Positions 6,419-13,069 of a stretch of DNA of 13,069 bases are shown in pieces. This DNA is from Azolla caroliniana. Lineage: Eukaryota; Plantae; Polypodiophyta. The notes beneath the pieces were generated by a model that worked only from the letters and a program-made list of their open reading frames with translations, did not search any database and had not been told where the DNA came from. Within the stretch, counting starts at the first letter, position 1. The number at the start of each line of letters is the position of its first letter. The stretch is from assembly GCA_043228905.1 (NCBI GenBank), contig JBHGNT010000998.1, positions 1-13,069 on the forward strand, written 5' to 3'. Both the position numbers and the translations under genes were made by a program.

Positions 6419-9400
6419 ATGGAAGGCGGCGGCAGCGGGCAGCCGGGGATGATGGTGCTGAATGCGCAGAATTACGCCGACTGGAAGATCAAGATGGAGG
6501 ATCTTCTGATTGTTCAGGACCTGTACGAACCGATTGACAGGTCGGAAATACCGAAGGGAGTACTTGAGTCGGAATGGAGGCTTCTGAACCGGAAAGCCGT
6601 TGCAACCATTCGGCAATACGTAGACGTGAGCGTTCTACAACATGTGGCGAACGACACCAACGCATATGAGATGTGGCGGAAGCTGTCGGGCCTCTACGAG
6701 AGGAAGAATGCGTTGAACCGGACCTCCCTGATGAGGAAGATAGTGAACCTCAAGTACCGGGACGGCGAGAGTATGGTGGAACACGTAAGCACGTTCATGG
6801 GATTCGTGAACCAACTTGCGGCGATCAAGTTCCCGCTGGAGGATGCAATGCAAGCCATCATTCTGATGTGTACATTGCCGGAAAGTTGGGAGAACTTGGT
6901 GGTGACTCTCCGCACCTCCTGCACCGAAGATAACTTGTCCCTACAAACGGTAAAGACAAGTATTTTGAACGAAGAAGCGCGTCGGAGAGATAAAGAACCG
7001 GCCTCCGACTCGAAGGCGCTGCTTACCGAATCGGAACGGGGAAGACAATGGAACCGGAGTCCGCAAAGACGGGAGAAGTCGGGGACCCGGTCGCAGTCAA
7101 GAGGAAGACCCACATGCTTCCACTGTGGGAAGCCGGGGCACTTCCGAAAGAATTGTCGGCATTACCGAAAAGACAACGGAGCCGACGACACCGATTCGAA
7201 GAAGTCTTCGGAACGAAACGGGGCTTACCGGGGAGCCACGGACCGGAATGGTTCGGATCGGCGAGGGCAGGACCGGAAAGGAACGACGGCACTCGCGGCA
7301 AGTGAGGAAGAAATCATGCTCATCACCGAAGAAGGTGAACTAAACATTGCCGGCGATGAGACGACCTGGGTGGTCGATTCCGGAGCATCGTTCCACCTGA
7401 CCCCGGAGAGAAGATACTTCTCATCCTACACAGCCGGTGAGCATGGCTGTGTTCGGATGGGAAATGAAGGTACGTGCCGGATTGCCGGCATAGGAGACGT
7501 GTGGTTGACAATCCCGACCGGATGCAAAATGCTGCTGAAGGATGTCCGACACGTTCCGGAGGTTCGATTGAACCTGATTTCGGCCGGGAGGCTAGACGAT
7601 GAAGGCTACACAGGTAGCATCCGGAACGGCGTAATGAAGTTCAGCAAGGGGAGCCTGATAGTGGCTCGGGCCCGGAAAGTCAACACACTGTACCTGATGA
7701 ATGCCCGGTTATGTCCGGAAGAGCTGAATGTGGCAGCCGACACTGCCGGTGAGCTGTGGCACAAAAGACTGTGCCACATGAGTGAGAAGGGGATGAAGAG
7801 GCTTGCAGAAGACAACCTTATTCCAGTGAAGCATGTGCACCTGGAGAAGTGCACCGACTGCCTGGCCGGTAAGCAGAACCGAACCTCCTTCCATTCAAGG
7901 CCACCGACGAGACGTAGCGCACCATTGGAGTTGGTGCACACTGATGTGTGTCAGGTAGAAACGAAGTCACATGGCGGAGCCCAGTACTTCGTGACATTCA
8001 TTGATGATCACAGCCGGAAGCTGTGGACGGCACCGTTGAAGACAAAGGACCAAGTGTTGTCCGTCTTCAAAGAACTCCACGCGAGAGTGGAAAGGGAATC
8101 CGGCAAGAAGCTGAAAGCGATACGAGCGGATAACGGAGGGGAATACCGGGGGCAGTTCAAGGAGTACTGTCGCTCGAAGGGAATCCGGCTCGAGTTTACT
8201 GTGCCGAAGACGCCGGAACTCAACGGGCTGGCCGAGAGGATGAACCGGACCATAATGGAGAGGGTTCGGAGTATGCTGGCGCATGCGGAATTACCCAAGG
8301 GGTTTTGGGCTGAGGCGATGTCGACGGCGACATACGTGATAAACAGATCACCCTCAGTACCTTTGGAAGGAGACACGCCGCAGAGAGTGTGGACCGGTAG
8401 GGAAGTATCCTACCGGCATCTGAAGGTGTTCGGGTGTCTCGCATACGTGCATGTGGCAAAGGACCGGAGAGGAAAGCTAGATCCAAAGACCCGGCCATGC
8501 ATATTCCTCGGTTACGGCGATGACGAGTTCGGCTACCGAGTATGGGACCCGGTCGACGAGAAGATATTCCGGAGTCGTGATATCATCTTCATGGAGAACA
8601 AGACACTCGCCGACTGGGAGTCGGAGAAGAAGATGAAGAGCTCCAAGTCGACCGGTGAGGATCAACTCTACGAGGAGCAGTCCCGACCGGCAAGGGACCG
8701 GTTAGCACTCGAGGATCCGGCCGAAGACGGTGAAGAAACAGAACCGGCCGAAGAAGATGAAAATGATACCGGAACCGGCCCCGATCCCGAAATGGATTCG
8801 GATGAAGAAGAATCGGAAGAACCGGTTACCGAAGCTCCGGAACGGAGATATCCTCTAAGAGAGAGAAGGGCCCCCCGGAGATTTCCGGAACCAGAGCACG
8901 TGCTGCTAACCGACGAGGGGGAGCCGGAGAGCTTTGAAGAAGCAAAGCATGACACCCAGAGCCGCAGGTGGTTGAGTGCCATGCAGGACGAGATGGATTC
9001 CCTGCATGAGAACCACACATATGAACTTGTGGAGTTGCCGAAAGGAAAGCGGGCACTTCGAAACAAGTGGGTGTTCAAGCTGAAACCGGGAGATGCCGGA
9101 AACCCCCCGAGATACAAAGCCAGGATCGTGGTGAAGGGATTTCAGCAGAAGAAGGGCGTCGACTTCGACGAGATATTTGCCCCGGTAGTGAAGATGACCT
9201 CCATCCGGACGGTGCTGAGCATAGCGGCAAGCATGGACCTCGAGGTAGAACAGATGGACGTGAAGACGGCATTCCTTCACGGCGACCTCGAAGAAGAGAT
9301 CTACATGCAGCAACCAGAAGGATTCGAGAAGAAAGGGAAGGAGCACCTGGTATGCCGGTTGAAGAAGAGCCTTTACGGACTGAAGCAGGCTCCCCGGCAA

Positions 9401-10492
9401 TGGTACCGGAAGTTCGACTCTTTCATGACCGGCGAAGGGTACCTCAAAACGCAGTCCGACCACTGCGTGTTTGTGAAGAAGTTCGAAGGAGGAGACTTTC
9501 TAATACTCCTCCTGTACGTGGACGACATGTTGATCGTCGGACGGGACCAGGTCAAGATACGGATGCTGAAGAAGGCTCTTCACCGAACCTTCTCTATGAA
9601 GGACTTGGGTCCGGCGAGACAAATACTAGGGATGCACATCATCCGGGACCGGAGCAAGAAGCAGTTGTGGCTGTCACAGGAGAAGTACGTGACAAAGGTG
9701 CTTAAACGGTTCAACATGTCGGAAGCAAGACCGGTCGGATCGACCCTCCCCGCAAACTGCAAGCTGTCCAGCAAGCAAAGCCCCAAGACAAAGGCTGAGA
9801 AGGAGGACATGATGAAAGTGCCATATGCCTCTGCCGTCGGAAGCTTGATGTACGCAATGGTGTGTACAAGACCGGACATTGGATACGCAGTCGGAGTGGT
9901 GAGCCGGTACATGAGCAATCCCGGCAAAGAGCATTGGAACGCGGCCAAGTGGATACTCCGATACCTGAAGGGCACGGCAAACGTGTGCCTCCGATTCGGC
10001 TCCGGCAAGCCCGAACTCGACGGCTTTACCGATTCGGATATGTCGGCTGATGCAGATACCAGCCGGTCCACATCAGGGTATGTGATGACGTATGCAGGGG
10101 GAGCTGTTTCATGGCAGTCGAGGCTGCAGAAGACGGTTGCGTTGTCAACCACGGAGGCGGAGTACATGGCGGCTGTTGAAGCCGGCAAGGAAATAATATG
10201 GATGAAGGACTTCATTAGAGAGCTCGGTATCCAGCAGGAGGAGTACCGACTCTACTGCGATAGTCAGAGTGCCATCCACCTTGCGAAGAACGCGGCCTAT
10301 CACTCCCGGACGAAGCACATCCAGCGAAGATATCACTGGATCCGGGAAAGGATAGAAGACAAGGAGTTCGTGCTGACGAAGGTCCACACGGACGAGAACG
10401 GGTCGGATATGCTGACCAAGGTGCTCACACCCGACAAACTGGAAGCATGCCGGAAGAGGATCGGATTGGAGAGACATCCCATGCCGAAGTGA
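6419..10492 (+). CDS. gag-pol: Copia Gag-Pol polyprotein (Gag, CCHC knuckle, protease, integrase, reverse transcriptase, RNase H), 1357 aa
   Basis: CFHCGKPGHFRKNC (7115-7156); WVVDSGAS; LWHKRLCH...CTDC; VHTDVC / IRADNGGEY / NGLAERMNRT; YKARIVVKG, QMDVKTAF, LYGLKQAPRQW, YVDDM; FTDSD, TEAEY, YCDSQSAI, SDMLTK. No stops or frameshifts. Confidence 0.98.
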   Translation: MEGGGSGQPGMMVLNAQNYADWKIKMEDLLIVQDLYEPIDRSEIPKGVLESEWRLLNRKAVATIRQYVDVSVLQHVANDTNAYEMWRKLSGLYERKNALNRTSLMRKIVNLKYRDGESMVEHVSTFMGFVNQLAAIKFPLEDAMQAIILMCTLPESWENLVVTLRTSCTEDNLSLQTVKTSILNEEARRRDKEPASDSKALLTESERGRQWNRSPQRREKSGTRSQSRGRPTCFHCGKPGHFRKNCRHYRKDNGADDTDSKKSSERNGAYRGATDRNGSDRRGQDRKGTTALAASEEEIMLITEEGELNIAGDETTWVVDSGASFHLTPERRYFSSYTAGEHGCVRMGNEGTCRIAGIGDVWLTIPTGCKMLLKDVRHVPEVRLNLISAGRLDDEGYTGSIRNGVMKFSKGSLIVARARKVNTLYLMNARLCPEELNVAADTAGELWHKRLCHMSEKGMKRLAEDNLIPVKHVHLEKCTDCLAGKQNRTSFHSRPPTRRSAPLELVHTDVCQVETKSHGGAQYFVTFIDDHSRKLWTAPLKTKDQVLSVFKELHARVERESGKKLKAIRADNGGEYRGQFKEYCRSKGIRLEFTVPKTPELNGLAERMNRTIMERVRSMLAHAELPKGFWAEAMSTATYVINRSPSVPLEGDTPQRVWTGREVSYRHLKVFGCLAYVHVAKDRRGKLDPKTRPCIFLGYGDDEFGYRVWDPVDEKIFRSRDIIFMENKTLADWESEKKMKSSKSTGEDQLYEEQSRPARDRLALEDPAEDGEETEPAEEDENDTGTGPDPEMDSDEEESEEPVTEAPERRYPLRERRAPRRFPEPEHVLLTDEGEPESFEEAKHDTQSRRWLSAMQDEMDSLHENHTYELVELPKGKRALRNKWVFKLKPGDAGNPPRYKARIVVKGFQQKKGVDFDEIFAPVVKMTSIRTVLSIAASMDLEVEQMDVKTAFLHGDLEEEIYMQQPEGFEKKGKEHLVCRLKKSLYGLKQAPRQWYRKFDSFMTGEGYLKTQSDHCVFVKKFEGGDFLILLLYVDDMLIVGRDQVKIRMLKKALHRTFSMKDLGPARQILGMHIIRDRSKKQLWLSQEKYVTKVLKRFNMSEARPVGSTLPANCKLSSKQSPKTKAEKEDMMKVPYASAVGSLMYAMVCTRPDIGYAVGVVSRYMSNPGKEHWNAAKWILRYLKGTANVCLRFGSGKPELDGFTDSDMSADADTSRSTSGYVMTYAGGAVSWQSRLQKTVALSTTEAEYMAAVEAGKEIIWMKDFIRELGIQQEEYRLYCDSQSAIHLAKNAAYHSRTKHIQRRYHWIRERIEDKEFVLTKVHTDENGSDMLTKVLTPDKLEACRKRIGLERHPMPK

Positions 10493-10500
10493 AGGGGGAG
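10491..10500 (+). other. Copia polypurine tract
   Basis: GAAGGGGGAG, 2 nt before the 3' LTR; overlaps the TGA stop (10490-10492). Confidence 0.95.
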
Positions 10501-10502
10501 TT

Positions 10503-11108
10503 TGTTGGGATTACGGTCCCTTCGGATGGGATGGTCGGATGTCAGAGATGAATGCCGACAAGTTCGGTTTCGGTTTCGGAACCGGATGATGAAGACCCCG
10601 GCTTCGGAGCCGGATGACGAATGTACCCGGAGAGAGATCCGGATGCGGGGACATATCCGTGAATATGTTTGCCAAGGGCCCTTGAGGCTATAGTTGTAAA
10701 TAGCCCCAAGTCATATGTGTATAAATATGACTTAGGGCAAACAGTTTTAATGTTGCTTCTCATTTTTTTCTGTTTTTCCACTCAAGAGGAGTGAAGAGAG
10801 AGCAGCCGTGAGAGAGATAGAGCGTGAGAGAGAAAGAGGTCGACGCCTCTGTGTATTTCCGCCGCCTGTGGCGAGGACAGCGAGCTCAAGGTCGTCGCCT
10901 TGAAGCTCGCCATTGTATATTTCTCTGTGCATAGTTTTTTTGGTTTGGAGTCTTGTACTCCCGTGGTTTTTCCCGTACAGGGTTTTCCACGTTAAATCGT
11001 GTGTCCACTCTATTTTTCGCATTTCCCATTTTCTGCAACAACGATTCGTGTGTTTCCTTGGTTGTGGCCGAGAGGTGAAGTTTGGAAAGTGTCGATTAAT
11101 TTCCAGCA
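10503..11108 (+). repeat. Copia 3' LTR (606 bp)
   Basis: TGTTGG...CCAGCA. By my manual alignment it differs from the 5' LTR by 3 substitutions and one 1-bp indel. Confidence 0.98.
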
Positions 11109-11113
11109 GTACG
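11109..11113 (+). repeat. Target-site duplication GTACG (right copy)
   Basis: GTACG directly after the terminal CA; matches 5777-5781. Confidence 0.97.
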
Positions 11114-11732
11114 GTTCCCCTAATATGATCGGATGCGAGGACGTCTCCTGCACGAAGAAGTGCTGGTCAATCTCGACGTCGCCGATCGTGACACGCACGT
11201 TCGGGCAGGCCCTGTGCAGTTCCTCGGTGGCGCGTGTCGCCGCCCGGATCTTCCACCTGTGCTTGGTGTTGATCGGCCACTTTCCCTTCTTATAGAAGTC
11301 CATGGACATCAGGTTTATTTCCGAACCGTGGTCCACCAGTGCCACCACCGGTTCCTGAACATCTCCGATCTTTACCGGGGTCTCCGTGGTCGCTCGGGCC
11401 CAGTGTGGCCTCGAATAGTAGCTCTCCGCCCACTCATCTGCCAGCGCCGAGTCGTCGATGTGCGTGGTTTGCACCTCCACCGGTCTCTCCGGTTCTGTCT
11501 TCGTCGACAGCCTCTTCCGTTTCACCAAGTCCACAATGGAGTCGTGGAACTCCTTCTTGGCGATCCCTAGCACCTCTCGTAATGACAGCTCCACTTTGTT
11601 GTCGAGGATCCGTTCTTCTAGGACCTTTTGTAGGTCCGTGGTCCTTTCTATTTCCGTCCCCAGTCGGTATCTGCCCTTCCTGGGGTTATCTTGCGAGCTG
11701 GACCCACCGGCATCGTTCCGTCGTTGCCCGAA
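11109..11732 (-). pseudogene. Gypsy post-Gag linker + aspartic protease (N-terminal part)
   Basis: Same frame as gag and open from the TGA at 11733-11735 to the copia junction: ...ERILDNKVELSLREVLGIAKKEF...VVALVDHGSEINLMS...HFFVQETSSHPIILGEPY. Retropepsin fold motifs D-x-G-S and ILG. Confidence 0.88.
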
Positions 11733-13046
11733 TCAGGTCTCGTACCGTTGTGAGGGCTCGGCCGCTCCGGCTTTCCCCACTTGTTTGTCTTCTACCAGAG
11801 CCTCGTAGTTCCGGCAGGCGGCTTCTACGAAGCCCGTCTTCTCCTCGACCGGATCGCTCCACCCGGTTATTTCCCGGACCCGTCTCTCAGCGCGGTCCGT
11901 TTCATCTTTCCTTAGACGTGCGCCGGCAAGACCTTCCAGCATTGCCGACCAGAATCCGTCTTTGCCCTCCTTTCGGGCCTCGTTGCCCCCGACCCGAATG
12001 CCGGCCGACGCCGAGTAGTGGATGGCCTCTACGTGTCGGGCCGCTGCCTCTTCCATCAGTCTCTTCATACCTCCTCGTCCGTCGTTTCGGTTTAGGGCCC
12101 TTCTGGTGTCGCCGGCGTGCACCCGGCCTTCCCACAGGTACACCACCCGGTTCCTCAACGCTTCTGTGAAATCACCGCAGTCCTTCCGGATGTGGCCGAG
12201 CTCGTCGCACCACATGCACCTGTTCCCTGCTGTCGGCCGTCGGTCACGAGCCGGTTCGCCGCCTTCCCTTCGAGTCTGGGCGATCTGGAGATCCTTTATC
12301 GCCCGCGTCAACTCCTCCAGCGCTGCTCCTCCGGACGAGCCACTGACCATGCCGGTCGAAGCTGGACCGGTTTCGAGCCATTCCCGGGTTTCTTCCCTTC
12401 GCCCTTGCGGTGCCGGTTCAAGCCTCCTTGTTGTGACAGAGCCCGCACCGGCCGCCCCGTTATCAGCCCATTCTCGCCGTTTGTCGAAACGGCCACAGAC
12501 TCTCTTAACCGCAGCCCAGTCGGTCGTCAGCCCGTCTTCGGTTTCCAGCAAGGAGCCGACTTGATCCTGGTCCCGCTCGTCCACCGACTTGACGAACAGT
12601 AGGACCCGGCTCGTATCCAGAACGGTTCTGTCAAGCGCCGAAAGGCGCGCAAAGCGTTCTTCGAACTCCCTGAGGAGTGCCGACGCGTTTCTCCCCTTTC
12701 CGGGGGATTCCACCCACTCTATGAATTCCCGTTTCGAAAGCCGGAGCGCGTCGTCCAGCCCGTATTTTTCTAGTAGTCGACCTTCGAACTCCTCCCAGGT
12801 ACGGCTCTCCGCCCGCACCTCGAGCACCTCCGCATGGATGCTCGGCATCGCCACTCGACGGAACCGGGCAAGACGCCTCTCTTCCGGAATGTCCCGCATC
12901 AGCATTTCTGCCCCGTAGGACGCCAAATACTTAGTGGCATCCCTTCCGCTAAATCGGCCGATCGTACCGACGACCGCCTCAATGGCTCTGTCGAGGGCGC
13001 CGGAGCCCTCGCGTGCGCTCAATATCCGATCCACGGCCGAAGCCAT
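11733..13046 (-). pseudogene. gag: Gypsy Gag with CCHC zinc knuckle; ends at an internal TGA that is probably a decayed CGA
   Basis: FSGRDATKYL...TWEEFEGRLLEKY capsid-like motifs; CMWCDELGHIRKDC at 12177-12218; upstream of and in frame with the protease. Confidence 0.88.
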
Positions 13047-13069
13047 GGCCTCCGCAAGATCCGACCCTT

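Larger units (their letters stand above)
5782..11108 (+). mobile_element. Full-length Ty1/copia LTR retrotransposon (Tork/Tto1-Tnt1-like), 5327 bp
   Basis: Paired TG...CA LTRs, 5-bp TSD, PBS, PPT and a single intact ORF with INT before RT. The lineage call is from recalled similarity of the Gag start (LNAQNYADWKIKMEDLL) and the U5 motif CGTGGTTTTTCCC...GGGTTTTCCACG, and is less certain than the copia call. Confidence 0.98.
1427..13069 (-). mobile_element. Ty3/gypsy LTR retrotransposon, non-chromoviral, decayed, split by a copia insertion; 5' LTR lies beyond the window
   Basis: Domain order on the minus strand is Gag(CCHC)-PR-RT-RH-INT, followed by a PPT-like tract and an LTR. No chromodomain after the integrase. 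Confidence 0.93.

Noticed and set aside
5615-6616. ORFs spanning the copia LTRs (5615..6061, 6027..6389, 6193..6537 and their 3' LTR twins; tail of 11010..11594)
   Set aside because: They are chance or chimeric frames created by LTR sequence; only the gypsy-derived parts are real.
7460-7480. Splice-donor-like AG|GTACGT in the copia protease region (subgenomic gag mRNA)
   Set aside because: A single consensus-like match is expected by chance and cannot be supported without transcript data.
11733-11735. Programmed stop-codon readthrough between gag and protease
   Set aside because: The context TGA-TTC does not match known readthrough contexts, and CGA to TGA fits the element's CpG decay pattern. 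Needs the family consensus to exclude fully.

Overview
Eukaryotic, most likely land-plant, repetitive DNA made of nested LTR retrotransposons. (1) A complete, young Ty1/copia element (Tork/Tto1-like; 5782-11108, +) has two ~607-bp LTRs differing by 3 substitutions and 1 indel, a tRNA-iMet PBS, a PPT, an intact 1357-aa Gag-PR-INT-RT-RH ORF and a GTACG target-site duplication. (2) It sits in opposite orientation inside the protease region of an older, CpG-decayed non-chromoviral Ty3/gypsy element (- strand; 3' LTR ~1427-2067; 5' LTR beyond the right edge). Removing the copia restores one Gag-PR reading frame. That frame ends at a G_GAU_UUU_UAG slippery site followed by a predicted H-type pseudoknot, which leads into pol in the -1 frame. 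The recoding site therefore lies between protease and RT rather than between gag and protease; this is the most interesting signal in the window. (3) The gypsy element appears to be inserted into a third LTR-like segment (1005-1426, +). (4) That segment interrupts a degenerate, repetitive acidic reading frame (1-1004, -) with recurring VPETWA..QRETQE units. No RNA genes, CRISPR arrays or prokaryotic genes are supported.
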